A stretch of 64,000 bases of DNA from Lama guanicoe. Lineage: Eukaryota. A program made the position numbers and the translations under genes. Numbering within the stretch: the stretch's first letter is position 1; each line of letters begins with the position of its first letter. This document shows positions 48,301 through 57,717 of this stretch, one piece after another. A model generated the notes under the pieces. That model did not search any database. It had not been told where the DNA came from and saw nothing but the letters and a program-made list of their open reading frames with translations. The stretch covers positions 2,927,101-2,991,100 of the forward strand of contig MU057202.1 in assembly GCA_013239625.1 (NCBI GenBank). The letters are read 5' to 3'.

Positions 48301-51300
48301 GGACGGGGAGGGCAGGGCTGTCCAGTCCAGGGGTGGGAGGCGCAAGCAGTGGGGCTGTAGGCTCTGAGCTGGGTTCTGATGGACAAGGGGGCCGGCGAGC
48401 CCTCCAGCCGCTCGGCCAGGGTTACTGTGGAAGAAGACGTTCAAGCTCAGGATCACATCCCATTTGTTCTTTCTCCCTTTGAGAGTGAACCTGGGAGTGA
48501 CTCTGAACTTGATTGTGTGTTTACAGGGCAGGATGCACTTGCACGGCAGCCTGGTTGTCGTGTTCACACGAGAGCTCTCTCGGTTGCATCCCCTCTGTGT
48601 TCCCTCACCCACTGGCTGTGGCGGGTTTGGACGGCGGGTGCCGTGGGGGCAGGAGCCCTGAGCTCGGGGTCCTCACGTCCCGCCCGGAGGCTCCTTCTCC
48701 CAGGGAGCACCTGCAGGACGTGACCCCGGGGCAGGTGGCCCCAGGGGTGCACATTCAGGGTCCTGCAGGACTCGCGTGGCCTCTGCGGGTGCACTTGCGC
48801 CGGGGCCCTCGGTTTGCCCGTCACTGTCCTCACTCAGGCTTGTGGGTGAGGGTCTGAGGACAGTGCCCCCACCGTGCGGGCAGTTGGTTGACATTGGCAT
48901 CTCCCAGAGGACACAGATGTGAATGGAGCAGGCCTGATGAAAGCTTCCTACGGAGTTGAACCCGGTAGGAAAATTGTGTCACGTCTTCCTGGAAGTTCTT
49001 TCTTTTGTCCCATCCCAGTGAGCACGGCTGTAATTTCCCTGGTTCTGTGCCAAGGGTTTTCCGAATTAAAGAGAGAATGATGGGGCAGTGTGCATCGTCC
49101 GGGGATGGTGTGGGAGCCTTCGCTGTCCTCCTCCTGCCGCCGGCCGCGTGTATCCCCTGGCCGGACGGCAGTGCAGTGAGGGGATGGCCCACCTACAGGT
49201 GTGATGAAAACCTTTCTGTTCTTCCTGCTCTGGATCCCCCATGCCCTGCCCACCCCACCTGCCCTTCTAGAAGCCAGAGGCCCGGACCCACGGGACAGCG
49301 CAGGGCCCTGGATTTGACTTGGGCTGTGTTAGTCAGCTTCGCCCCTCCTCTCCCCTCCCAGGGACGGGAAGGTCTTGAGACACATGGTTAAGATTTGCTC
49401 CCAGGAGCGCCGCCCTCTGGAACGCCGGGCTGGACGCCACGCACCTCCAGACTTCCGGTTTTGCCTTGTGTTTTAGGCTTTGTTTTGCCTTCTCCCCGAT
49501 TGGGTTTGAGGTTCACGCCCGGTGCTGGGAGGCGCCCCAGAGCGCGCGGCAGCAGCAACTCTCCCTGCCGCCTGCCCGCGGCGGCTGCACAGGCCAGGCC
49601 GCAGTGCCTGGGGCACCTCCCGTGGCTCTGAGCTGTAAATCTGTCTCCCTCCTCCTGTCGGGGTGCGCAGGCTGGCCGGCCGGGCTGTGGGGTGCTTCTG
49701 TGAAATGCCGCGTCAGTTGCTGGAGCCCTGAGGCCTGTGACAGGTGTCCAAGCTGGGCCTCGCCTGTCGGGCTCGAGGATCACCCCGGGGGCTCTGTTCT
49801 GTTCTGCTCCTCGCTCGCCTGTGGGTTTCTGGCCAGTTGTGCTTGTGGCTGACCGGCTGCTCGTGGGCAGAACTCAAAGCTGGATCCGGGAAAGTGAATT
49901 ACTTTGCATGGTTGGGTTTAGAGGCTTAAGCACGATTGTTTGTTTCTGGCATTTGCTGTACAAACGTATGAAAAAGATTCCAGGCCACTGTTTTGGGGCA
50001 TCTTCCTCTCAACTCCTCTTCCTTCTGCCGCAGGGAGTTAGCATCCAGGTCTGGGAACGTCCCCTGGCTGAGTTGACTGCATTGCCTTAACCCGCCGGGT
50101 TCAGACAGAAGAGCAGAAACGGGTCAGAGACTTTGGCTTCTGCAGGAAGCCTCGAGATGAGCGGTCTCGTCCTGTGAGAGCACGAGGGGAGGAGGGGTTG
50201 TTGATTTTTTCAAGTTCGTGTGTGTGTTTGTCTGGGTGGATTCTTGGTTGGATCCAGAATTTTGTGTCTAAATGTGACTGAAAAGTCCTCGGGCTCCTTG
50301 CATTTATTTTAGGTTTTGCACCAGGTTTGCATTATCTCAGTTGGGTTTTTAACAGAGTTTCAAAATTGGCAGAACGTGGAGGAAAAGCAGACGTGGGCAT
50401 GCCAGAAAAACCAGTGCTTTGAGACCCAGGGCTCCCTTCGTCTGCTGCTTCGCGTTTGTAGCCTCAGCCGTTCCCCCAGCGGAGGTGATGGGCTCTGTTC
50501 AGACAAGTACAGGGGCAGCGCGGCCGCGCCAGCACCTCCCCAGTGAGGGCTGCCCTGCGGGGCTCCCACACCACGTTGAGCCCGGGTAGCATAGCCGGAA
50601 GCCTGGAGGTGCTGCTTCTGGCCACCATCCTGGGCGCTCATGCGTTCCAGTTAGAGCGCCTGTTTGGAAGAGCTGGGAACACGCAGTGAGCAGGAAGGAG
50701 GCAGGAGCTGCGTCCTCACTGCGAGCTGCGGGCTAGTCCAGGTGAGCTGTCCCGCCCGTCCTGCAGGAGACCCTGGTGGTCTTACAGCTGCCCCGTCATC
50801 CTGCCGGGGCGAGGGTCATCCTGCTGGAGCGAGGATCGCCCGGGTGGGTGCGCGGTGGGTCTGTCACCTCGGGTGCCACACTGATCCAGGAGACAGAGCG
50901 CGTGGCCTCCCCTTGGCTTATTGACAGTGGGAGGCCGGGTCCCGGTCAGCACCTTCCGTCTCACCACCCGTGTGTCAGTTCAGCCCAAGGCCTGCGGGCG
51001 GGCACGAGGGCAGGGCAGCCTGAGAGTCGGCTGCCAGGTCCCGGGCCCACTGCCTGCCTTCTGCCTTCCCTGCCCAGTCTCCTAGCAGCCGTCGGGCCAC
51101 GTTGCTGCCTGACACAAGCTCTCACCTGATGCACGGGCCCTGAGAACACGCCGCTCCTGATGTGGTTAAGAACTTCCTGCCATCTTTTATTCTGAAAATT
51201 GAATTTACGTTTTTTTCCACTTTTGCTCATCACAAACTGGATGCTGCCTCAAACCACAGACTTTATCCAGACTGCCACGGCGTGTGCCCCGCCCGCCCTC

Positions 51301-54300
51301 CAGGGAGTGGGCAGCCCCCCCTGTCTGCAAGCGTCTACCCTCTTCCTCAGCTCTGACCACCATAGTAGGAGGCCGGCTTCCGGCAGGCGACCCTGGGAGG
51401 TGGGCCCGTGGGCGTGTAATCTGAGGCGGTCTAGGTACAAAGCCCCCATCCCACGAATGCAGAGCTTGGACCCCCGGCCCCTTCTGCCTGTGGGGCATCA
51501 AGGCGCCTGCCCGCCTGCCCAGTGCTGCAGCACCAGGTGGGCCGAGCGGGTGTGGGCTTGGGCTGGGGTGCTCATGAGTGTTGGGGTCACCCAGAGCTTG
51601 TCCCAGGGACCTCATCTGTCCGCCTCCTCCGGGCACAGCCCAGGCAGGGTCCCTGGTGCACGGGACAGGGGTCCGTGGTCTGTCTCCTTGGAGGTCTGTG
51701 GGATCCTCCCGCCGGGATCGCGGCCTCACCCTCCAGTCCGTGGCCCCTCCGCCCAGAGCCCTTAGCCCCCTGGAGCCTGGGAGCTGGTGGTGCGCGGATC
51801 TGCTGGGCTCCTCCCGCTCAGCACTGGTCCCCTCCGGGGGCTGCCGCTTCTCCCCGACTCTCAATTGCTGCGGGCGCCCTGCTCCCTGGAGGGCTGGGTG
51901 AAGGCGTCTTGCCCTCAGGTGGAGGACACGCGCCGTCTCCCCGTCCTCCCAGCCGCCCTTGGGGTCTCCTTCCCACGAGCCTGAGACGGCGTTGATCCCG
52001 GGAGGGTCTTCCCGTACTGTGCTTGCCGGTCAGTCTGAGACCTGCCCTCGGCCTGGTCCCTGTGTTCACTTTTTGGAAACTCGAGCTGATTGGGTTTCTC
52101 TCCCCTGAGGCTTAACAGCTGTTCCTTCTGCCCAGCTTGTGGCCATTGGAGGGAGGTGACTTGCAAAGTGGAACAGCCCCCCCACTGTACTCACACATGC
52201 TCCTGTGCACCTCTCACCACACTCGCCAGGAAGACGCTTCTCCCTGGGGTTGGGGCGGGCGGTGCTGGCCTCTGCCCGGAGCTGTCTGCGCTGACGGTGG
52301 TCTGCTTTGTGTGTGCAGGTGCTGCAGGGGGCCCAGCTGATCGCCGTGGCTTCTTCGGACCCTGCTGCCACAGGCGTGGACGGCTCTCCCCTCCAGGGCA
52401 GTGACATCCAGGTCCAGTACGTCCAGCTGGCGCCGGTGACTGACCACACCACGGCGGCTCAGGTGGGTCTCTCCTTGGGAAGTGGGCACCCTGGGCATGG
52501 ATGGGACCTGGGGCTTTACAGGTTTGAGCACACATGGGTGTCTCTACCTCTGACCTTCTCCCACGAGGGAGAGTCATCTGGGAGGGGCGCGCAGTTTGGA
52601 CACCGGGGCTTGTCTGCGTCTCTGTCTCTCATAAGTGCCTGAAAACGTGAAGGGGGGACGTTTTCTGGCCCAGATACCAGCCTTACCTGGTTGTGGAAAT
52701 ACTCTGTCTTGTGCAAATGTTTACCTATAAACTTAGAGGCAAGAATTAAGTTCTTCCCTGACCCCCGCCAGAGCAAAGGGGCCCCGTGTACCTGCGACTG
52801 CACTGTGTTCTGAGTGGGGGGCCTGGGTGAGCGCCTGCAGCACCCTCTGCGGCCCCCGCCCTTTCCTCACAGGCAGCCCCACCACCGTGGCCCCCGGGGC
52901 ACCACTGGCAGGTCTCCTGTGGGAGCGCCACCCTGAGGCCTGACTTGCCCTCAGTCAGTCCGCACCAGACAGCCCATCCGCCTCCCCGCGGAGCCCCGGG
53001 TCCAGCCGTGCCTGCCCCCCCGCTGTGCTCCCCCCGCTCACCACCCGTGGTCCCCGCTTTCCCAGGAGCGCTGGAAACCCAGCCCAGGCTCCGTTTGGAC
53101 ACCTTCTGAAGCGTCAGGTGGGAGGGCTGCTGCGACAGACGTTTGACACGTCTGCAGAGCGGCCCCCACCACGTGTGCCTGGTCGGGCGGCACCGTGGCC
53201 CCCGGGTCTGGGGGCCGGCATGGTTCTGTCTGGGTGGTGGATTGAGTTTAGAACAGGCAGTCCTAAAGTCAGGGCGTGTCCCTGTTTTCATGAGAATGAG
53301 CACGGGATTGGTCCCGAGACGGCACCTAGGGAACAGTGCGGGCTGCTGGGGCCCACGTCCTCACACCTCCGGCTGCAGGTTCAAGTCGCTGACTCACTGC
53401 TGAGGTCGACGGGAGCTCTCGTGGGCGGGGGCTCCTCTGCTCTGCCCGCAGCTCCGGTCAGCTCCTGCCCCGCCTCTGGTGCATTCTGTGTCCTCTGTGG
53501 CCCGTGTGACTGTCCATGTGTATCTCCATGCCATCAGCCGTCACGCTTAGCATCAAAGCCCCGGTTTCCGGGCAGTCCCCACCCCCGCCCTCTGCCGGGC
53601 ACCGCGCTGGGTGTCGCGTGCCTTGTGTCCCTGGTGGTTGCTTGAGGAACGGGGCCTGCAGGCCAGGCAGGTTGTCCACGGTGAGCCTGGTGACCAGGTG
53701 GCCGGCTGGGTGACCAGCAGTTCTGTGAGGACTTAATCCTGGTTCACAGCAAGTCCCAGTTTGGCCCAGAGTTTGGAAATGTGAGTCCTGGAGGAGGCGC
53801 AGCCCCCGTTCTCCCCAGGCCCCTCCAGCTCTTGCCCCGAGCCGTGGCCACAGCTGGACACTGCTGGTTTCACACGACGGTGACCACAGAGGCAGGGCCG
53901 CTCTGGAGATGGACAGAGAGGGTACGAGGCCTGCAGGGAGCCCACAGAACTTGGGGTAGGGGTCTGGCCGGTGGGAGGAGTGGGCTCCGGGGAGCAGCCG
54001 TGGGAAGGGCAGCGAGCGCCGGCCTGGACGGGGGGCGGGCGCAGGACGTCTGTGCCTGGCCTTGTTCTGCGTTCCGGCCCCACTGTCTCCTGCTTGAGGC
54101 ACAGGTCTCCTGCTGTGTTTTGAGGACCAGAGGGAAGAGGGGGCGTCTCCATTAGAGTGTGGGGCCCTCCTACCCCCGGCCCCACATCCCTGGCCCTTGC
54201 TACTTGCTCCTGGGTTCAGGCCGCCTCTTCCAGTGTTTCAAGGGGAGGGGCCTGCAGCCCACCAGGTAGGGCTGGAGCCTCCTCTCTCTCCTCTCTCCAG

Positions 54301-55125
54301 TCCACTTCCCTTTTGCAGAAACTCCCTGTCTGTCCTTCCACCAGCCCAGGCCCTCCCGTGGGCTGAGGGGGACGGCTCGGACAAGGCCTGTGCTGAGTCC
54401 CTTGTCTGAAGCAGGGAGACCCTGCTAAGGGGACGCCACGTTGTGTGTCACTGACATTTGCACATAGAAGGCGCAGCCTCAGGCTGCAGAGCTGGAGCGC
54501 CAGCCCCCTAGGACTCGCTCTGCCTCCTCCTCAGGGTCACCCCCTGGCCCCTCCAGCCCAGATTCCTGCCAGGGCAGCTGGTACCCCACCTCTGAGAGCC
54601 CAATCTTTGTGATGCCGTCTTTGACCGGCAGCTTAGGGGGTTCCGAAGAGACTCCATGCCTGCGTCTGGGGCCCATTCTTGTGGTTGAGACGGATGATCA
54701 GTGACTTGTTCCACAACTGTATTTTTCCTTTCAGTTACTTAAGAGCTATGGACATGCCGCCCCCTTGGAGGGCATCCCCAGGGAGAAGCCCGGGTAGGGA
54801 TGGGAAACAGGCCGCAGGAGCCAGGGAGCACGCGTTGAGGGCATGGGCACAGGGAGGGACCGTGGCCCCAGGTTTGTTGGAGCTGCTGGGAGCGGCTGGG
54901 GTCCTGGGAGGGTCTCCTCCCGGAGCAGGGCTGACCCCAGCTTGGGGGTGTGTCTGTGGCGCTTGAAAACCACCGGTGCCTCGTGAGCGGTGAGCGGCCT
55001 GGGCGTGCATGGTGGGTCCTTTGATGGAAAGCGCGCTCTCTCCCCTCTTGCAGACGGCCGACTCCCTGCAGCCCACCCTGCAGCCCGAGATGCAGCTTGA
55101 GCACGGAGCCATCCAGATCCAGTGA
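3326..55125 (+). CDS. BANP: BANP/SMAR1 (BTG3-associated nuclear protein, BEN-domain transcription factor). Spliced CDS join(3326..3395,6718..6809,7696..7895,20622..20738,21954..22126,29476..29715,35063..35230,38857..38987,40541..40603,42187..42225,52319..52462,55054..55125), 502 aa
   Basis: The exon translations match the mammalian BANP sequence I recall (MMSEQDLADVVQIAVEELSPDHP ... LEHGAIQIQ*). All introns are GT-AG and the phases are compatible. Exon lengths 70+92+200+117+173+240+168+131+63+39+144+72 sum to 1509 nt with no internal stop. Confidence 0.97.
5733..5788 (+). mobile_element. MIR SINE core fragment
   Basis: ctgtgtgaccctggtcaagtcacttgacctctctgg resembles the MIR core ctgtgtgaccttgggcaagtcacttaacctctctg. 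Confidence 0.65.
6718..6809 (+). CDS. BANP: BANP coding exon 2 (VVLENHVVTDDDEPALKRQRLEISCQDPSIK), includes a basic KRQR NLS-like motif
   Basis: Acceptor tttgacttcag|, donor AAG|gtacgg; the peptide is visible inside ORF 6606..7040. Confidence 0.96.
6830..7146 (-). mobile_element. MaLR MLT1-type LTR remnant
   Basis: Colinear matches to the reverse complement of the MLT1 consensus (gtctgagatcaggatgtcgcagggcc; gcatcacttaggtctctgcctc; aggacagtcttactggatttagggcccaccctaa). Confidence 0.75.
7696..7895 (+). CDS. BANP: BANP coding exon 3 (SFLYSINQTICLRLDNIEAKLHALEATCKSLEEKLDLVTSKQHSPIQVPMVAGSPLGATQTCNKVR), coiled-coil region
   Basis: Translated manually (not in the ORF track). Acceptor cttcactgccag|, donor TG|gtaaga; heptad-spaced leucines. 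Confidence 0.95.
12490..13990 (-). mobile_element. Antisense L1 ORF2 remnant(s), heavily GC-shifted
   Basis: Colinear similarity to antisense L1 ORF2 motifs, e.g. ctctttgtcaggagaggaggctccccttg versus ccctttatcaggttgaggaagttcccttc, and tctctgttcacgggccgcgtgtgtctgtagctctc versus tctatgttcatgagggatattggtctgtagttttc. Confidence 0.65.
15877..16324 (-). mobile_element. Solo ERV LTR (class I/ERV1, MER41-like), 448 bp
   Basis: Begins TG and ends CA, flanked by an identical 4-bp TSD CGGG (15873-15876 and 16325-16328). AATAAA on the - strand at about 15928 and a CCAAT on the - strand at about 16275. Confidence 0.8.
16635..17830 (+). mobile_element. L1M ORF2 3' end and 3' UTR remnant containing a (CA)-rich simple repeat
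   Basis: tgtaaaactataaaactttcaaatgaaaacagaggggagaacctttgggacctgg and gcgtttatcccagagaagtggacgctcacgttcacacaaaacc are typical L1 3'-region motifs. Confidence 0.7.
17884..18265 (-). mobile_element. ERVL MLT2-type LTR remnant
   Basis: tcagggttcagccagagaagcagaacc and ttcaatcacatctgcacagtcccttca match the reverse complement of MLT2 ends. Confidence 0.7.
20622..20738 (+). CDS. BANP: BANP coding exon 4 (VVPQTTVILNSDRQSAIVAKTEDPLGSRAPEPLENILS), 117-nt symmetric phase-2 exon
   Basis: Acceptor ttttgttccctag|, donor AA|gtcagt; the peptide is in ORF 20602..21030. Confidence 0.92.
20958..20983. repeat. (TCTG)n microsatellite, about 6 units
   Basis: tctgtctgtctgtctgtctgtctgtc seen directly. Confidence 0.9.
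21954..22126 (+). CDS. BANP: BANP coding exon 5 (AVPGRRQNTIVVKVPGQEDGHEDGESGSEASDSVSNCGQSGSQSIGNNVTLITLNSE)
   Basis: Acceptor tttcccgctcag|, donor AAG|gtgcgc; the peptide is in ORF 21907..22200. Confidence 0.95.
23225..23610 (-). mobile_element. Antisense L1MB/MA-type 3' end fragment
   Basis: attgagatctaatttacttaccatgaaattgaccattttgaagc and cagtggacgcttgggttgcttccgctttggggctgttacg are the reverse complement of the L1 3' UTR. Confidence 0.75.
29476..29715 (+). CDS. BANP: BANP coding exon 6, N-terminal part of the BEN domain (EDYPNGTWLGDENNPEMRVRC...KKQLDPLTIYGIR)
   Basis: Acceptor ctctctctttcag|, donor T|gtaagt; BEN signature LLDYLFHREVQAVSNLSGQGKHGKKQLDP. Confidence 0.98.
31062..31405 (-). 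mobile_element. MaLR MLT1-type LTR remnant
   Basis: ttcccagggctgccgt ... tctgagacccaggtgttggcagggcc ... tgcaaagaccgtgtttcccagggaggtcacgtcctgagg ... ggacatgaacctgggggg is colinear with MLT1. Confidence 0.75.
34478..34740 (-). mobile_element. L2 LINE 3' end remnant
   Basis: gcatctcttatgtgcctggatactctggg...gtgagcaaaacagaggtccctg resembles the antisense L2 3' end. Confidence 0.5.
35063..35230 (+). CDS. BANP: BANP coding exon 7, C-terminal part of the BEN domain (CHLFYKFGITESDWYRIKQSIDSKCRTAWRRKQRGQSLAVKSFSRRTPSSSSYGAA)
   Basis: Translated manually. Acceptor tgtcctgcag|, donor CAG|gtgcgc; BEN recognition helix IKQSIDSKCRTAWRR. Confidence 0.97.
37866..38017 (-). mobile_element. tRNA-derived SINE (camelid Vic-1-like)
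   Basis: The reverse complement begins GGGGGGAGGGTCAGCTCAGTGGCAGAGCG (A box), contains GGTTCAATCCCC (B box) and ends in an A-rich/(AAAT)n tail. A degenerate TSD (aaacgtgaatt / gagcgtgagct) flanks it. Confidence 0.85.
38857..38987 (+). CDS. BANP: BANP coding exon 8 (EAMMSTPPPASEMQQPPPQALHYALANAQQVQIHQIGEDGQVQV)
   Basis: Acceptor tttccccgcag|, donor GTA|gtatgt; the peptide is in ORF 38841..39704. Confidence 0.94.
40541..40603 (+). CDS. BANP: BANP coding exon 9 (GHLHIAQVPQGEQVQITQDSE), 63 nt, phase 0-0
   Basis: Acceptor gatcccacag|, donor GAG|gtgagt; the peptide is in ORF 40511..40729. Confidence 0.94.
42187..42225 (+). CDS. BANP: BANP coding exon 10 (GNLQIHHVGQDGQ), 39-nt micro-exon, phase 0-0
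   Basis: Acceptor ctcttccacctcgtag|, donor CAG|gtaggt. Confidence 0.93.
46318..46422. repeat. Degenerate (GT)n low-complexity repeat
   Basis: gtgtgcgtggtatgtgtacgtgatgtgtgcgtggtgtgtgtacgtgtggtgtg... seen directly. Confidence 0.85.
48183..48216. repeat. Perfect 17-bp tandem duplication (gggagtccgggccggga x2)
   Basis: Seen directly. Confidence 0.9.
52319..52462 (+). CDS. BANP: BANP coding exon 11 (VLQGAQLIAVASSDPAATGVDGSPLQGSDIQVQYVQLAPVTDHTTAAQ)
   Basis: Acceptor tttgtgtgtgcag|, donor CAG|gtgggt; the peptide is in ORF 52307..52642. Confidence 0.95.
55054..55125 (+). CDS. BANP: BANP last coding exon (TADSLQPTLQPEMQLEHGAIQIQ*)
   Basis: Acceptor ctctcccctcttgcag|; TGA at 55123-55125; the C-terminus matches BANP. 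Confidence 0.96.
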   Translation, partial: TADSLQPTLQPEMQLEHGAIQIQ

Positions 55126-55650
55126 GGTGGCCGGCCGGCCAGACAGGACCCGAGACGGGGCCGCCACCGGCTCCCACCACCACAGCGTTCGTTCCACACG
55201 TGCCCGGCCCCTCTGCTTCGCAGGAGGCGGCTGCGCGTGTCCTGCTGGAGGGCGTCTGGGTGCCCCGCCCGCGGGGGAGAGCGTCCAGGAACACCCCGCA
55301 GCGCCCCCGGGGCCCCGTTCCTTGAGCACATGCTGTGCCCGGAGCGGGAGCAGAAGCACAGCGCGGTCGCATCAGTACACGCGGGAAATCGAGAACTACG
55401 ATATTTTTCTCTGTTCAGACAGCTTTTTTTAATTTGCTATGGTGTTTATAACAAAAAAGAAAATTGAAAAAAAAGTGGAGTAGCAGAAGCCCTTTGCTGT
55501 GCGCTCTGCCAGTGTAACGAGAACAGGTATCTGCCGAAGACGACTAACGATTTTGATGGCAATCCCGCTTCCTACTTTTCTAGGGGGACCTCCCAGCACT
55601 GTAGCTGTGCGTTTCTAATGAAATAAACGTATTTATGACCACCGCAGCTG
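55126..55650 (+). other. BANP: BANP 3' UTR (end approximate)
   Basis: Lies between the stop codon and AATAAA; contains an AU-rich block at about 55393-55474. Confidence 0.75.
55622..55627 (+). terminator. Polyadenylation signal AATAAA of BANP
   Basis: First canonical AATAAA after the stop codon, about 500 nt downstream, with a UGUA element at about 55600. Confidence 0.8.
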
Positions 55651-56339
55651 TCACGTGAGTCCCTCTTAGGAGCCGGCCCCCGAGCCCGGCCTCCCCCGTG
55701 GGCGCCTGGAGTCACCGCTGGGCCCTGCAGTGGCCCCCCGTAGTTGCGCGGGCCCTGCCAGTCATGTGACGGGGCCTGGGGTGCAGAGGGCTGCCCGGTG
55801 GACCCGGCACCCCTGGGGGCAGGCAGGCCCTCTGAGTAGGGGCCCCAGAAGTGAACTGTGCTGTTGAGGGGCACTGCCTGTTCCAGCCCCAGACAGTCCC
55901 CACTGTGGCGACCTGAGGGAGCATGCCTAGGGGGGAGGCATCTCTGGTCTCGTACCCGCTTGCAGCCTCCCAGGGTGGGGCCTCCCTCATCCAGGAGAAG
56001 CCGTTCTCCAGGGGATGGACCTGAGGAAGGACCAGTCACGTGGCTGGAAGGAGGTGGCCTCGTTAACTTGTGTCTGGAATCCTGGGAGGAGAGACGCACA
56101 AAGGATTCAGGAGGTGGAATACATCTCAAGTAGAAGTAAAAAGGGAGCCATAGCCGGACACACGCAGGGCATTAAAGGCAAAGATAGTCTAAAAGCAGCC
56201 AGAGAGGAAGGATGGCCCACCCACATCGGGAGGAGGGAACCGAGGCCGACTCCCAGCACCCACTGGGCGTCAGCAGCAGAGGTGGAGCCAACAAGGCGCT
56301 GAGAGAGATGGGGTTCTCTGCACAGCACCTTCAGTGGAA

Positions 56340-56900
56340 CAGGTGTTGAGGTTCCCGTTTGACCCAGCAGTTCCCCTCCCTGGTGTGCACCCGGGAGGAC
56401 TGAAAGCTCGCGTCCACATGCACATGCACAGCAGCGTTCAGGCGGCACTGTTCGTGGAGCCAGGAGTGGAAACAGCTGAGCGTCATCAGTGGTGGAGGGG
56501 TAAGCAACCTGTGGTCCATCCACACAACAGTGTGGCTCAGCTGTGGAGAGGAGGGCAGTCCCGCCACGCCCTGCAGTGGGCAAACCTGGAACACAGATGG
56601 GTCCTGTTTACAGGGAACGTCCAGAACCCGCAAATCCATGGACACGAAGCAGATGAGGGGTTGCCGGGGTGGGAGGAGGGGAAAAGGGGAGTGACTTAAC
56701 GCATACAGGTTTCTTTTTGTTTTTTATTTATTTTTAAATGTTTTGTTGTTTCACAGGTTTTCTTTTTGAAGGGATGAAAATGTTCTGGAATTAGTGGTGA
56801 TGTTGGCGCAACTCTGTAGATTGACTAAAAGTCACTGAATTGCGTACTCGAAAGGGGGATTTTTTGGTATGTAAATTATATCTCAAAGTTGCTAAAAATA
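56340..56900 (+). mobile_element. L1MB-type 3' end fragment, preceded by a possible ORF1 remnant at about 56060-56210
   Basis: tttgacccagcagttcccctcc ... ggatgaaaatgttctggaattagtggtgatg ... tggtatgtaaattatatctcaa matches the L1MB 3' terminus. Confidence 0.8.
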
Positions 56901-57175
56901 AAGAATTGGGAAACGTTTCAGAAACCATTTTCAAACAGTAAAGGTGTTATCTGCACATGATCCCTCCTGCAAAGGTACTTGAAAGGCAGTTTCTTCAAAA
57001 GCAGGAATAGGGACCCAGGAGGAGGTGTTCAGAGCAGATGGAGTGGGGAAGAAACAGCAGTGAGCCCGCAGGTGTATCCGGTGCTCTGTGTAAGATGCCT
57101 CACACTGACATTTTTAGAAATGATAAAATACTGGAAAATACTGCTCAGGAAAGGAGCTACATTTTTTTTAAGTTG

Positions 57176-57327
57176 ATTTTTTTTTAATTTTTAAAATTTA
57201 TTTATTTGTGGGGGGAGGTAATTAGGTCTGTTTATTTTATTTATTTTTAGAGGAGATACTGGGGATTGAACCCAGGACCTCATGCATGCTAAGCATGCGC
57301 TCCACCACCTGAACTATACCCTCCCCC
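57176..57327 (-). mobile_element. tRNA-derived SINE (camelid Vic-1-like), younger copy
   Basis: The reverse complement reads GGGGGAGGGTATAGTTCAGGTGGTGGAGCGCATGCTTAGCATGCATGAGGTCCTGGGTTCAATCCCCAG, with A and B boxes, cctaattacctcccccc and an A-rich tail. Confidence 0.9.
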
Positions 57328-57717
57328 TTCTAAATTGTTTTAAAGCCCCCTTTTCTTGCCCTGGAGGAAAAAGATCAAGATACTGTACAATTTTAAGACA
57401 TCAAAGTCAGTGTTCATGACAAATGTTTAAGAAACACAGCATGTAAAGAATCGGTAAGATGTGTGACGTCCAGATGGCGTGACGGGCGCCCTTGACGCCG
57501 TCGGCGTATGGAGCTGCATCTTGCAGCCACGGAGCTCGCGCTCTGTTCTTCGCGCTGCTCTTTGGAGCTTTGTCCAGGTCAGCCACGTGCCAGACCACGA
57601 AAAAGGTCACGTAGATCAAAATGGGAAGATGTTTCTAGTGGACAATTCAGTATGACAAACTGACGTATCAACACTTGTGGAACACGTCCGAAGCTGTGCT
57701 TAGAGAAGACTTTGTGT

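Noticed and set aside
47671-48612. Longest ORF in the track (313 aa, minus strand)
   Set aside because: Pro/Ser/Gly/Leu-rich with no recognisable domain; expected by chance in GC-rich intron.
49264-49330. CTTCTAGAAGCC (LLEA) as a possible orthologue of an optional human BANP exon
   Set aside because: The match covers only four codons, has no preceding AG and does not extend; likely chance.
57240-57327. tRNA-like sequence with A and B boxes (also at 37950-38017)
   Set aside because: It is followed by a SINE body and A-rich tail, so it is a tRNA-derived SINE and not a tRNA gene.
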